Below, in pieces: positions 50,376-60,765 of a stretch of DNA of 64,000 nt. A program made the position numbers and the translations under genes. Location of the stretch: contig CBDDDZ010000004.1 in NCBI GenBank assembly GCA_965226795.1, positions 640,001 through 704,000 of the forward strand. The letters are read 5' to 3'. This DNA is from Candidatus Latescibacterota bacterium (lineage in GTDB: Bacteria; Latescibacterota; UBA2968; GCA-2709665). Numbering within the stretch: the stretch's first letter is position 1; every line of letters begins with the position of its first letter. The notes below the pieces were generated by a model. That model had not been told where the DNA came from. It saw only the letters and a program-made list of their open reading frames with translations, and did no database searches.

Positions 50376-51001
50376 CCTATCGCTCCGGGTTGGGAACAAC
50401 GCACGTCCGGGGTTGACCACGCCGAAGGGACGGGGTGGCCCACTAGCGCCAGCAACTGCGCGACCAGGCGATATGAAATTCCCCAGAGGACACGCCCGCC
50501 GGGACCCGGCAGATCGATGGCTTTGAAGCGACGTTCCTCGTTGTCGATCCGGAAACTGCGCTCACATTGGCGTCCAGCGTCGGCGAGTACGTTCAACCGG
50601 ATCCAGAAGGCATCTTTCACTTCGTCGTTTGGATGAAGCCGACCGCCAGTTCCGACGTTGTAGACGAAACCCGACACCAGGATGGGCAGCGCGGCGCCGG
50701 TGACGTCGTCCAGGCGACCGAGATACTCGCCGGTTCCGAGATCAAGGCCGATCTCTTCCCGTGTCTCGCGCTCGGCCGCCAGGCGCGCGTTCCCGTCGAG
50801 GGGGTCTATCCTGCCTCCCGGGAACGCGATGTGGCCCGACCACGGATCGTCATCACGCTGCGACCGCTCAATAAAGAGCAGTTGAACTGCTTCCTCCTGT
50901 TGATGCAGAACCATTGCAACCGCAGCGCGGGTTCTATCTCCGGAGGCCAGATGCGGCTGATATCCAGCCAGAACCCGGCGGATGTCTGCAATCGAGGTCA
51001 T
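50372..51001 (-). CDS. Nudix hydrolase, CoA pyrophosphatase-like
   Basis: AAV, WSGHIAFPGG, AAERETREEIG, LWGIS. Confidence 0.9.
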   Translation of the reverse strand: MTSIADIRRVLAGYQPHLASGDRTRAAVAMVLHQQEEAVQLLFIERSQRDDDPWSGHIAFPGGRIDPLDGNARLAAERETREEIGLDLGTGEYLGRLDDVTGAALPILVSGFVYNVGTGGRLHPNDEVKDAFWIRLNVLADAGRQCERSFRIDNEERRFKAIDLPGPGGRVLWGISYRLVAQLLALVGHPVPSAWSTPDVRCSQPGAIG

Positions 51002-51096
51002 AAAGGCCTGGACGGGAAACAATTTCTGGGCCGGCGCCGGTTAGGCCGCGTTTTTGTCGAATCCGCTTAAGCCATTTTATATCAGCGGTTTGGTTA

Positions 51097-51534
51097 TCAC
51101 CTTGCTGGCTTGTATTTCCGATATTGGTTGTAAATGAGATATCCGATGCCGAGACCCGCATTGATCAGCACCGGCATGCGGTATATGCTGACCACTTCGT
51201 ACCTGAACACGGCTCCCGAGGCGCCTGCGGAAACGATCAGAAACGACAGGACGATAAGCGGTTTACAGATTACCGTCGGTACAAACGGCGCCGTTACGAT
51301 TGACAGAAGCGCAGCGTGAAAGATGAAGAACCCGGCGTATCCGTTTCGGACGGCCATCGCGATCTGCCAATCGTACCGGCAGGCCCAGACCAGGTAAACG
51401 TGGGCGACGACAACGAGCGCAACCAGGGCGATGGCCGGACGCTTGCATGTACCTCTGGAGACGAGCACCATATTCACCGAAAGTCCCAGATAGCCCAGAA
51501 AAGCCAGAAGAAACGTGAAGTTTTCGAGCGTCAA
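51097..51534 (-). CDS. Hypothetical multi-pass membrane protein
   Basis: About 145 aa with 4-5 hydrophobic segments; start uncertain. Confidence 0.65.
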   Translation of the reverse strand: MTLENFTFLLAFLGYLGLSVNMVLVSRGTCKRPAIALVALVVVAHVYLVWACRYDWQIAMAVRNGYAGFFIFHAALLSIVTAPFVPTVICKPLIVLSFLIVSAGASGAVFRYEVVSIYRMPVLINAGLGIGYLIYNQYRKYKPAR

Positions 51535-51986
51535 GACGAGGTCGTTATCGGCGACGTTGAAACTTGCCGTGAATGCACAAACCGGTGGACAGCGGGCCGG
51601 AAAGGTGCGCAAAAACCCTGAACGGGAATTTGCCCGTGAAGGCGTTCAGCATCCCGGTAGCCGGAGGCTGTGTGCCGTGCCTGGAGCGGACCATCGAGAC
51701 AGGAAATGGAAACTTCAGGGAATGGGATAGAACTTGGACGCGCGCCGGTTGATGGCTGGCGGGTAAAGGATGTTTCCGGATGAATGCTTGTCCTGAAACC
51801 GGCTCTGGCGAGGTCCGACGACATGAAAACTCTGGCAGGAACGGGGTATACGGGGTATTTGTGAACCTAGCCGATGAAACTCCTCGATTCCCGGCGGGTT
51901 TGCAAGCGCCGGACGCGTCTATTCCGGAGGGCGCCGCATCACCCGCCGCCGGAATCACCGGCGGATGTTTTTTCGCCGGACATTTC

Positions 51987-53198
51987 TTATTCTGTGTCCA
52001 TCGGGTTTTTGATCCGATCGATCTTATCCTCGCAATACTTCTTGAATTTTCGGTCTCTGAGTCCCTTCTGGTAGTTCTGTATCGCTTTTCCCTTCCAGCC
52101 CTGGGGCCGCCAGGCGTCGTATACATCGCCAATTATGACGTATGCCGGAACCCCGTACTTTCGGCTCGAGACGACTCTTCTGGCATGATTAAGGGCGTTT
52201 TGATATTGTTTGAGTTCGAAATAGGCGACCGCCGCCCGGTACTGGGCTTCGCTGTCTCTGGAGTTCAGTGCAAGCGCCTGCCGGTACGCGGAGACCGCGC
52301 TCTGGTAGTTTTTCCCCTGTGCATGGGAGTGTCCCAGCGCCGCGTAGACCTTGACTTTGTCTTTCTTGGTTGGAGCCACGGCAACGGCATTTCGGAGCGT
52401 AGCGACGGCCTTTGAGTGTTGTTTTGTTCGATTGTATACAAGAGCAAGGCTGCGGTAGGCGTTGATATTCTTCTTGTCCTTGCAATTCGGATCGCTATCG
52501 ATCGCCCGTTTGTAACTGCGGATTGCACGGCTGTTTCTCTTGGTGACCCGATACAGGTCCCCCAATTGTCTATGGGCCTTGGCGTACCTCGGGTTGAGCT
52601 CTACGGCCGTTGCAAAGGCCTCCTCGGCCTGTTTGATTTTGCGCGCGAATCTGGCGGCCAGCCCCAGATTGTAGAAATTGGTGCCATCGGTCGGATCGAG
52701 TTGCGTGGCATTTTCGTATTCCCCGATCGCCTTTCTGTAGTTCTTGCGAGAAAGATAGTCGCTGCCCTGCCTTGCATAGGCTGCTTTCAGGAGTTTCCGG
52801 GCACCGCCGTCCTGAAAATCGGCGTCCAGATTCAGGACTGCCTTAAACGACGTCTGTGCGTCTTTGTATTTTTTCAGGTTGTAGTACAGGTTTCCAAGTT
52901 CATAGTGGGCTTCTACGTAATCAGGTTTCACCACAGTGGCCATCTTGAAATTGCTTATTGCTTTGTCGGTATCTTTGAGCTTCTGGTAGGTCTTGGCCAT
53001 GCCGCGAAACGCCTGGGCGTTGTTGCCATCCAGTTTAACGGCGTCTTCGAACGCCTGAAGGGCCTGCTGATAACGCCTTTTCTCGAAAAGCGCCTGACCG
53101 TCGTTGTATTTTTCCGCCGATTCGGGAGCCACTTGAGCCCACGCCGGCTGGAAGACCAGAAAACACAAAAGCAGGGTTAAAGGCTGTCGACAACGCAT
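51987..53198 (-). CDS. Exported multi-TPR protein
   Basis: Signal peptide ending AWA-Q; many TPR motifs (KPDYVEAHYELG, NPRYAKAHRQLG). Confidence 0.88.
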   Translation of the reverse strand: MRCRQPLTLLLCFLVFQPAWAQVAPESAEKYNDGQALFEKRRYQQALQAFEDAVKLDGNNAQAFRGMAKTYQKLKDTDKAISNFKMATVVKPDYVEAHYELGNLYYNLKKYKDAQTSFKAVLNLDADFQDGGARKLLKAAYARQGSDYLSRKNYRKAIGEYENATQLDPTDGTNFYNLGLAARFARKIKQAEEAFATAVELNPRYAKAHRQLGDLYRVTKRNSRAIRSYKRAIDSDPNCKDKKNINAYRSLALVYNRTKQHSKAVATLRNAVAVAPTKKDKVKVYAALGHSHAQGKNYQSAVSAYRQALALNSRDSEAQYRAAVAYFELKQYQNALNHARRVVSSRKYGVPAYVIIGDVYDAWRPQGWKGKAIQNYQKGLRDRKFKKYCEDKIDRIKNPMDTE

Positions 53199-53253
53199 AT
53201 CAGGTGGTCCTCTCAAAGATGCTGGTTGACATGAACGCGATTTACAGACGCAC

Positions 53254-53282
53254 AGTATTGCCGATTTCTGAGTTGATGTCAA
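53254..53282 (-). promoter_or_regulatory. Possible sigma70 promoter for the TPR gene
   Basis: Minus strand TTGACA-N17-AATACT. Confidence 0.4.
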
Positions 53283-53357
53283 CCGTTTTGGACATGCGGA
53301 AAGGCCACCACCGGTTGTGTGATGGCCTCCGCGGAGTTGAAACTGCCTGGCTCGGGT

Positions 53358-54029
53358 TCAATTGTGCAGCTTGAAGGCGATACGCTGGGTCATCCAGACA
53401 TTCACGGGTTTGTCGTTCTGTATGGCCGGTTTGAATACGAACTGTCTCACTGCATCGACGGCCGACTGCCTGAAGATTTCCTGGCCCTTCAACACTCGAA
53501 CCTTGTCCGTCCGCCCATCTCTGCGCACCATAAACTTGACGAAGACATTTCCCTCCAGGCCCGCCTTGCGCGCAATTTCGGGGTAGGTGGGGTTGACCTG
53601 CTTGATTATCTCCGGTTTTTCCTCCACGCTCCAGAATTCCATCACTTCTTCTTCCATCGGAGCTTCGGTAGCGCCCGGCGGAGGGGGCGGAAGATCTACG
53701 GGCGCCTGATCCAGGTTGAGGTCGGTCGTTTCGATGGTCACGTCGTCGGGTACGTCGTCGCTCTCGGTTTCAACCGGCATGGCGGGCCTTGGCGGAGGGG
53801 GCGGGCGCTGAATCTGGCGCGTCTCCGGAATCTCCTCCATCTGGATGATGATCTGGTCTTTCCTGCCCGCCGAGGCCCGTATATCGAACGTGGGGAAAAG
53901 GATAGCCATAAAGATGTGCAGGGCGCAGGAGATGCCGACCGAAGACCAGAAGACTTTGGGATAACGCCTTCTGAGGTCGTATTCAGGGTGTTTCCCGCGG
54001 ACAATATCCTTCCCTTTGATATAGGCCAT
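53358..54029 (-). CDS. tonB: Energy transducer TonB
   Basis: TM anchor, Pro-rich linker (RPPPPPRP, PPPPP), YPEIARKAGLEGNV C-terminal domain; downstream of exbBD. Confidence 0.92.
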   Translation of the reverse strand: MAYIKGKDIVRGKHPEYDLRRRYPKVFWSSVGISCALHIFMAILFPTFDIRASAGRKDQIIIQMEEIPETRQIQRPPPPPRPAMPVETESDDVPDDVTIETTDLNLDQAPVDLPPPPPGATEAPMEEEVMEFWSVEEKPEIIKQVNPTYPEIARKAGLEGNVFVKFMVRRDGRTDKVRVLKGQEIFRQSAVDAVRQFVFKPAIQNDKPVNVWMTQRIAFKLHN

Positions 54030-54034
54030 ATGCG

Positions 54035-54445
54035 TTACCTCTCTCGATCGGTGGCGAAGTTGACGCGAAGGGCGTCGGCTTTGCGAAGTTCCTCGATCAC
54101 TTCGGATACCAGCCCGTAGGGCGCCCGCGTATCGCACTTCAGGGAAACGATCAGGCGCGGGTTCTGGACCCGGCGTTCGTAAAAGATTGACGCAACCTGT
54201 TTGACCTGGGCGATTTTGTCGTCTATGTAGACCTTCCGGTCTGCTGAAATCCAGATATAGGACACGTGACGGCGTGTCTTGATTTCCTCGATTTTTTCAG
54301 CTCTGGGCAGAACAATGCCCGTGACCCGATAGCGGACGAAAACCGTCGTGACCATGAAAAAGATCAGGAGGAGAAAGGCGATATCCGCCATCGAACCGGT
54401 CGGAATGGACGTATGTACCCCTGATTTTTTTGAAAAATCTGCCAT
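54035..54445 (-). CDS. exbD: Biopolymer transport protein ExbD/TolR
   Basis: SMADIAFLLLIFFMVTT. Confidence 0.92.
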   Translation of the reverse strand: MADFSKKSGVHTSIPTGSMADIAFLLLIFFMVTTVFVRYRVTGIVLPRAEKIEEIKTRRHVSYIWISADRKVYIDDKIAQVKQVASIFYERRVQNPRLIVSLKCDTRAPYGLVSEVIEELRKADALRVNFATDRER

Positions 54446-54473
54446 GCTGAGGGTCTCCTGTTGCCGAACGGGC

Positions 54474-54890
54474 TTACTTTTCGGGGGATGCTAGAGAGAT
54501 CCGTGTTGCGCCCGCAAGCTTGATCTCATCCAGAACGTTTATGAATGCGTTATAGGCCGTCTCCTGGTCCGCCTTGAGAGAAACGATCAGCTTATCGTTT
54601 TCGCTCAGACGCCGCTCGATGTCGGTGCGGAGTTGCTCTAGAGCAATTTCCTGTTCCAGGTTGATAAGAATATCACCGGAGGCATTTACCCAAATGTTGC
54701 AGATATTCTTCTTCTGGATCTTTTTGTTTTCTCCGGCGGGCGGAAGCTGCATACCAATGCCCTTGTCCTGGTTCATTGTGGTGGTCACCAGGAAAAAGAC
54801 AATGAGCAGAAAGGCGATATCCGCCATGGACGAAGTCGGGATTTCGGGGTTGGATTTGTTCCGCCTTGACAACGCTGGCTTGTTAGCCAT
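54474..54890 (-). CDS. exbD: Biopolymer transport protein ExbD/TolR
   Basis: SMADIAFLLIVFFLVTT. Confidence 0.92.
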   Translation of the reverse strand: MANKPALSRRNKSNPEIPTSSMADIAFLLIVFFLVTTTMNQDKGIGMQLPPAGENKKIQKKNICNIWVNASGDILINLEQEIALEQLRTDIERRLSENDKLIVSLKADQETAYNAFINVLDEIKLAGATRISLASPEK

Positions 54891-54893
54891 GGC

Positions 54894-55520
54894 TTATTCT
54901 CCCGCAGGCGTATCGTAGCCGGCCTGGATCAGTTCATCTACGAATTGAGAGGAACTTTCCTGCATATCGATGATGATTTTATCGATTTTGGAAACGAAAA
55001 GGTTGTGAAATGCCTGAATTGGAATGGCGATCACCAGGCCGGAGGCCGTGGTAATAAGCGCCTCGGAAATACCCGAAGCCACAATACTGGGCTCTACGTC
55101 GCCGGCTTTTGCAATGGCGTCGAAGGCGCCGATCATACCGCTCACGGTCCCGAGGAATCCGAGCAGCGGGGCGATATTGGCCACGGTGGATAGCCAAACC
55201 ATGCCTTTTTCAAGGAAAGCCATTTCGATGGCGCCGGATTCTTCGATGGCCTTTTCTACGTGTTCAATCCCTCGATCGAGACGGAGAAGGCCGGCATGGA
55301 GAACCGAGGCGACCGGGCCGCGGTGGCTTGCGCAGACTTCGGCGACGCCTTCCGGCCCTCGCTGCTTCAGCGCCTCTTGAACCGCAGCGAAAAACTCCCT
55401 GGTGTCAATTGAAGACCGCCACAGCGACCAGAAACGTTCTATACTAACCGCAATACCGAAAAGCAACATCAGCAGGAGCGGGTGCATAAAGGGCCCGCCG
55501 TTAACATAGAGTTCAACCAT
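54894..55520 (-). CDS. exbB: MotA/TolQ/ExbB proton channel protein
   Basis: GGPFM, APLLGFLGTVSGMI, GISEALITTASGL. Confidence 0.93.
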   Translation of the reverse strand: MVELYVNGGPFMHPLLLMLLFGIAVSIERFWSLWRSSIDTREFFAAVQEALKQRGPEGVAEVCASHRGPVASVLHAGLLRLDRGIEHVEKAIEESGAIEMAFLEKGMVWLSTVANIAPLLGFLGTVSGMIGAFDAIAKAGDVEPSIVASGISEALITTASGLVIAIPIQAFHNLFVSKIDKIIIDMQESSSQFVDELIQAGYDTPAGE

Positions 55521-55706
55521 GCTTCAATCCCCCAGATAACGTTGTGAATGTTCGCTGCGATGGAATAACGCGTGCAAGAAGCGCAGGCAGCCGACAATCG
55601 TCCACGGTTCAATTATGGACCCGGACGATCCGCGAGCCTCGGGATTCGGAATTGTGTCGCGACGGAAGAACGGAGTGTTCGTCGCATTTCCAGAGACCAG
55701 CATGCC

Positions 55707-56909
55707 CTATTTTTTGCCTTCGATATCTACCTCCTCCTCTTTCTTCTTTTTGAAAAATTCCAGTCTCTTTTTTTCTTCGTCGGACATGGGAGGGTCGATT
55801 TCATCGATCATCCGCCTGGCGTTTCCGGCCCAAAGAGGATCCTTGCGGGCTTTCTTGAACCAATTCAGCGCGTCGATGGAATCGCGCGCGGCATTGGATT
55901 TCTTCCACTTCCTGTAATGGAACTCTCCCCTCATGTAATTGAATTTCCCGTTTCCCGGATCCAATCTGAGCCCTCTGTCGACCAGGTTAATATCACCGGT
56001 TAAATCGGCCAACTGTTCGACGACGCTCAGGTTATTGGACTGAAGTCTCATCATTTTTCTCAAAAGGCCAATCTGAAACCGCCTGGGCTTGTTGAGCTGC
56101 TTTCCCAGCACAAGCAACTGGTCCACATAAAGGAAATCTTCCGGGTTGTGGGCGTGGAGTTTCTCATACGCGTTGAATGCCTTCTGGTCCATTCCGAACC
56201 GCCGGTACATTCTGGCGAGATTGTCCAGCGTGCCGTAATCTTCGGGGTTTATTTCCAGAAGCCGCTCCGTCTCTCTCAGGGCTTCCTCTTCGTCGCCCAT
56301 ATGCAGGGTGAGCTTGGCAATCGCATCCTGGACTTCGGGATTGTCCGGCTCCAATTCGCTCCAGCTGCGCGTATGCTTCAGCGCCGATTCATAATCTTTT
56401 ATTTCGATGTAGAGCGTGACCAAATGATGCAGATACTGAATCTGCTGTTCCGGTTTCTTGGAAATGCTGAGAAGCTTTTCGTAAACCTCGATGGCTTTTT
56501 CCGGCATGGCTTCCATTGTGTAGAGCTGGCCGAGATAGTATAGAGCGTTTCGCGCGTTGGGACCTGCGGGATTCATTTCGATTGCTTTAGTGAACCAGGC
56601 AATGGCGTCCCGGGGTTTTTCCGTCTCATTGTATAACTTACCCAGATAGTAGGCGGTTTGGGCATTCCGGGAATTGAAGTCCCACGACTTGTTCAATTGC
56701 ACAAGGGCGTCTTCGTATTGTTTGTTATCCAGATACTTTTTGCCAAAGTAGACGTGTTTCTTTGACATTGCCACCGAATCCACGGGCACCTCCCGTGGCT
56801 TGTGCTCGTCCTTTTTCGACTTGCTTCCGGCCTTGTCGGGCGACAACAGACCCAGGATCAGGAAGCCGCAGAGAAAAATGATGACGCCATCCGAAAGCCT
56901 GGACTTCAT
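55707..56909 (-). CDS. Exported TPR protein
   Basis: Hydrophobic N-terminus and several TPR motifs (TAYYLGKLY, ALYYLGQLY, LEPDNPE). Confidence 0.82.
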   Translation of the reverse strand: MKSRLSDGVIIFLCGFLILGLLSPDKAGSKSKKDEHKPREVPVDSVAMSKKHVYFGKKYLDNKQYEDALVQLNKSWDFNSRNAQTAYYLGKLYNETEKPRDAIAWFTKAIEMNPAGPNARNALYYLGQLYTMEAMPEKAIEVYEKLLSISKKPEQQIQYLHHLVTLYIEIKDYESALKHTRSWSELEPDNPEVQDAIAKLTLHMGDEEEALRETERLLEINPEDYGTLDNLARMYRRFGMDQKAFNAYEKLHAHNPEDFLYVDQLLVLGKQLNKPRRFQIGLLRKMMRLQSNNLSVVEQLADLTGDINLVDRGLRLDPGNGKFNYMRGEFHYRKWKKSNAARDSIDALNWFKKARKDPLWAGNARRMIDEIDPPMSDEEKKRLEFFKKKKEEEVDIEGKK

Positions 56910-57010
56910 GACAACCACTCCTCGACGAGACAACCCCGCCATACTGCCGATTCCACGTAAATCGCTGGTATCAAGACGCATAGATGTTGTGTAACCCTTA
57001 GAAACATAGA

Positions 57011-57039
57011 AATTTAACGAATAGGAAATTGGATGTCAA
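57011..57039 (-). promoter_or_regulatory. Sigma70-type promoter for the TPR-exbBD-tonB operon
   Basis: Minus strand TTGACA-N17-TAAATT. Confidence 0.6.
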
Positions 57040-57157
57040 GGCAAAATCCATACCTGTCCTCAAGGAATTGAAGACGCGACGAGGCGGGAAGATTGACCCG
57101 GAGCGACACGACGGATGAACCGAAAGCTTCTTCCAACCAATCCGCACCAAATGCCTG

Positions 57158-57186
57158 TTGACACAACCTGGCAAATCCGGTAATTT
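57158..57186 (+). promoter_or_regulatory. Sigma70-type promoter upstream of guaB
   Basis: TTGACA-N17-TAATTT. Confidence 0.6.
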
Positions 57187-57352
57187 GGGACACTATTTTT
57201 AGGACGGCTGTACGATCATAGCAGGCGCACCCGGGAGTTTCAAATGTGCAAAAGAATCTGGGCACCCGACCTTGCCGTTAAGGACAGGTCTTCTCCGCCC
57301 GTGCTCACCTGCGCGCGGAGGAGGTGTCCGGCCTTGTAACGGGCAACTATGC

Positions 57353-57385
57353 AAACCCCTTGACCCGTGTGTCAAGGGGTTTCTT
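57353..57385 (+). terminator. Intrinsic terminator-like hairpin in the guaB leader
   Basis: AAACCCCTTGAC-ccgtgt-GTCAAGGGGTTT perfect 12-bp stem ending in TTTCTT, about 65 nt before the guaB ATG. Confidence 0.65.
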
Positions 57386-57449
57386 GTATCCGGATAGGCC
57401 GTGGTGGCTGAGTGTGAATGCGCCGCAATACTAAACGAGGGAGACACTT

Positions 57450-58922
57450 ATGGACAGATCCACGGAAAAAATCGCCAAAGAGGGACTGACTTATGACGAT
57501 GTGTTGTTGATTCCTGGAAAATCCGAAGTATTGCCCAACCAGGTGGATCTGACCACGCAACTCACCCGCAGAATCAGGCTGAATATCCCTCTGGTGAGTG
57601 CCGCCATGGATACGGTTACCGAAGCCCGGCTGGCCATCGCGCTTGCCCAGGAGGGCGGTATCGGAATTGTCCACAGGAATCTGTCCATCGAAGAGCAGGC
57701 CGAAGAAGTGGCCAAGGTGAAGCGGTCGGAAAGCGGGATGATCGTCGATCCGTTGACGCTTTCACCGGACAACTATATTCGAGAAGCGCTTGAGATGATG
57801 TCCAAGTATCGAATTTCCGGTGTGCCGATCGTAGATGGCGTTAAAAGGCTGGTGGGCATCCTGACCAACCGGGACCTCAGGTTCGAGAAAAACGTCCATC
57901 GGAAGGTGTCCGAGGTGATGACACACAAGGGGCTGGTGACGGCCCGGTTGGGGATCTCTCTGGAGGACGCGCAGGAAATCCTGCAGGAACATCGAATCGA
58001 GAAGCTGCCCGTCGTCGATGATAACGGTGTGTTAAAGGGCTTGATCACTGTAAAGGATATAGAGAAAAAAATCCAGTATCCGCACGCGTGCAAAGACAAA
58101 CTCGGAAGGCTTCGCGTCGGTGCCGCGGTGGGGGTGGGGAACGATCTGGAAGCCCGTATCGGAACGCTGGTCGACAGGGATGTGGACGTGATTGTGGTGG
58201 ATACTGCGCACGGACATTCCAGGGGTGTGCTCGAAGCCGTCGAACGCATCAAGAATGCCGTTCCGGGAACCGAAGTGATTGCCGGAAACATCGTAACGGC
58301 CGAAGCGGCACAGGACTTGATTCTGGCTGGAACGGATGCCGTCAAGGTGGGTATGGGGCCTTCGGCAAGTTGCACCACCCGGGTGATCGCCGGAGCCGGC
58401 GTGCCCCAGATATCCGCGATTATGGACTGCGCCGAGGTTGCGGAGAAGGCTGGCATCCCGGTGATCGCGGACGGCGGAATTACCCAGTCGGGAGATATCA
58501 CCAAAGCCGTCGCGGCCGGCGCCAATTCCGTGATGATAGGATTCCTGTTCGCGGGGACGGACGAGAGTCCCGGAGAGACGGTGATTTACCAGGGACGGAC
58601 GTTCAAGGTCTATCGGGGTATGGGTTCGCTCGGGGCAATGCAGCGTGGAAGCAAGGACAGATATTTCCAGGGAGATGTCGAAACCAACAAGCTGGTGCCC
58701 GAGGGAATTGAAGGGCAGGTCCCGTACAAAGGGTCAATTTCAGGATTCATCTATCAACTCACTGGCGGGTTACGAGCAGGCATGGGCTATTGCGGAACGA
58801 GAACCATTGCGGACCTCCGGAGGAACGGCCGATTCGTGAAAGTATCGCCGGCCGGAGTTCGGGAAAGCCACGCACACGACGTGTCGGTTACGAAAGAGGC
58901 GCCAAACTACCGGCTTGAGTAG
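57450..58922 (+). CDS. guaB: IMP dehydrogenase with CBS domains
   Basis: [51 protein letters not shown]. Confidence 0.96.
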   Translation: MDRSTEKIAKEGLTYDDVLLIPGKSEVLPNQVDLTTQLTRRIRLNIPLVSAAMDTVTEARLAIALAQEGGIGIVHRNLSIEEQAEEVAKVKRSESGMIVDPLTLSPDNYIREALEMMSKYRISGVPIVDGVKRLVGILTNRDLRFEKNVHRKVSEVMTHKGLVTARLGISLEDAQEILQEHRIEKLPVVDDNGVLKGLITVKDIEKKIQYPHACKDKLGRLRVGAAVGVGNDLEARIGTLVDRDVDVIVVDTAHGHSRGVLEAVERIKNAVPGTEVIAGNIVTAEAAQDLILAGTDAVKVGMGPSASCTTRVIAGAGVPQISAIMDCAEVAEKAGIPVIADGGITQSGDITKAVAAGANSVMIGFLFAGTDESPGETVIYQGRTFKVYRGMGSLGAMQRGSKDRYFQGDVETNKLVPEGIEGQVPYKGSISGFIYQLTGGLRAGMGYCGTRTIADLRRNGRFVKVSPAGVRESHAHDVSVTKEAPNYRLE

Positions 58923-59007
58923 AACGCGGGCGGCGGGACGGCACACGGCAGATGGTACGTTACATCTGCCGTTTCACATGGATATCCGAGGGGCCCGGGA
59001 GGCGAGC

Positions 59008-60135
59008 GTGCAGATCGATATCGAGGAAATTCGGACCGAGTTCCCGGTTGCGCGGAATTGGATTTATATGAATCACGCCGGTATAGCACCCATCTCACAG
59101 TGCGTCTACAGGGCAATGGACGGCATGCTGCGGGACCTGACCCGCAACGGCATGGCAAACCTGCCCGAATGGGACGAGGTATGTTTGCAGACGCGGGAAT
59201 CGGCCGCCCGTCTGATTGGCGCAAACGCGGCGGAAATTGCCTTTGTCAAGAATACGACCGAAGGTATCTTGATGGTCGCCAACGGATTGACTTGGCGGGA
59301 GGGCGACAACGTCGTGATCCCAGATCGGGGATTTCCAGCCAATGTCTACCCGTGGTTGAACCTGCGTTCGGAAGGCGTCGAGGTCCGGCGCGTTCCCGAG
59401 GTTGACGGCCGTATTCCGCTGCAGGGCTTATTGAATGCCGTCGACGAACGGACGCGGGTGCTATCCGTGAGTTCGGTGGAGTTCGCAAGCGGATTCCGGC
59501 ACAACCTACGGGAAATCGGCAGATTCTGCAGAACGCGGGGCGTTCTTTTTTTTGTAGATGTTATTCAGAGCCTCGGGGTGCTGACCCTGGACGTGGCGGA
59601 AGCCGAAATCGATTTTGTTTCGGCCGACGCTCACAAATGGCTCCTGGGTCCGGAGGGAATCGGCGTCTTCTATTGCTCACGCCGCGCCCGGCCACACCTC
59701 CGTGTGGTGAACCTGGGTTGGGCGAACGTTGTGGAACCGAGGGATTTTCTTTCCTACGATACCACGCTGTTGTCCAATGCGCAGCGGTTTGAATGCGGTA
59801 CATTGAATACCGTTGGCATCCATGGGTTGAAGGCCGGTCTCGAACTCCTTCATCGCGTCGGCATCGAACGGATCGAAGCCAGGGTTTTGTCATTGACCGA
59901 TCAACTCTGCGCCGGGCTCCAGGAAAAAGGCTATCGGGTGGTCAGCTCGAGAGCCAGCGGCGAAAAGTCGGGCATTGTCGTCTTCCACCATTCCCGGATC
60001 GACACGGAAGCCATTTATCGGAAGCTGTGTGAGGCGCGCGTTGTGTGCGCGATACGGGGGGGACGTATCCGACTGTCGCCGCATTTCTACAATACCGAAG
60101 AGGAAGTCGATCGTGTGCTGGAAATCATTCCGTAG
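59008..60135 (+). CDS. Aminotransferase class V (cysteine desulfurase-like)
   Basis: YMNHAG, NTTEG, FPAN, DVIQSLG, AHKWLLGPEG, RFECGT, RLSPHFYN. Confidence 0.92.
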   Translation: MQIDIEEIRTEFPVARNWIYMNHAGIAPISQCVYRAMDGMLRDLTRNGMANLPEWDEVCLQTRESAARLIGANAAEIAFVKNTTEGILMVANGLTWREGDNVVIPDRGFPANVYPWLNLRSEGVEVRRVPEVDGRIPLQGLLNAVDERTRVLSVSSVEFASGFRHNLREIGRFCRTRGVLFFVDVIQSLGVLTLDVAEAEIDFVSADAHKWLLGPEGIGVFYCSRRARPHLRVVNLGWANVVEPRDFLSYDTTLLSNAQRFECGTLNTVGIHGLKAGLELLHRVGIERIEARVLSLTDQLCAGLQEKGYRVVSSRASGEKSGIVVFHHSRIDTEAIYRKLCEARVVCAIRGGRIRLSPHFYNTEEEVDRVLEIIP

Positions 60136-60180
60136 AATTTTTCGCCGCGTGGAAGGCGGCGAAACCCACTCACGGTGCAA

Positions 60181-60600
60181 ATGATGACGGAGAATGTCGC
60201 CGGCGGGATCGAGGATCTACTGGCCTCACTTGAAAATGCCGTAATCGAGCGCGATTCCGAAGCATTGGAAGAGGTCCTTGCGGAGGGTGTCTGCGCGTTT
60301 TTTTCGGGAGGAGACGCACCGGTACGCGGCAGGAAGACGGTGCTGGCGACATGGATACGACACTTCGAGCGCTGGTCTGACGTGCGAATCGTGCGAAGGA
60401 CTACCGGGGTGGAAACTCGCGGAAATGTGGCCTGGGTGCACTTTCTGTGGGACGGCGAAGGCAGGATGGGGGCGCAACGTTACAGGTTGGAAGGCGAGCG
60501 GTGGACCGCGGTTCTGCAATTCGAAAACGGACGCTGGCGGTTCGTACAGATGCATTCGTCCATGCCATACCGGGATTGGGAAGCGCACCGCACGGCGTGA
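60181..60600 (+). CDS. NTF2/SnoaL-like family protein
   Basis: 139 aa with GNVAWV, RWTAV and WRFVQMHSS. Confidence 0.8.
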   Translation: MMTENVAGGIEDLLASLENAVIERDSEALEEVLAEGVCAFFSGGDAPVRGRKTVLATWIRHFERWSDVRIVRRTTGVETRGNVAWVHFLWDGEGRMGAQRYRLEGERWTAVLQFENGRWRFVQMHSSMPYRDWEAHRTA

Positions 60601-60765
60601 TGTTCCGTAGATAACGTCCGGAGGCGGCATACCGGATTCAGGGCGTTGGGAATCCATGTATCCTTTCAGAGCGGGAGGATGCATTTACGCCTCACGATGC
60701 GGATTCCGTACTCCTGGACAACAGGGAAAAACGTCGGAGAAGACGGATTTCGAAAGAGGATCGTG

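Noticed and set aside
51600..51985. Long intergenic region that might hold a ribozyme or sRNA
   Set aside because: No hammerhead core, clear promoter or convincing long-range structure found.
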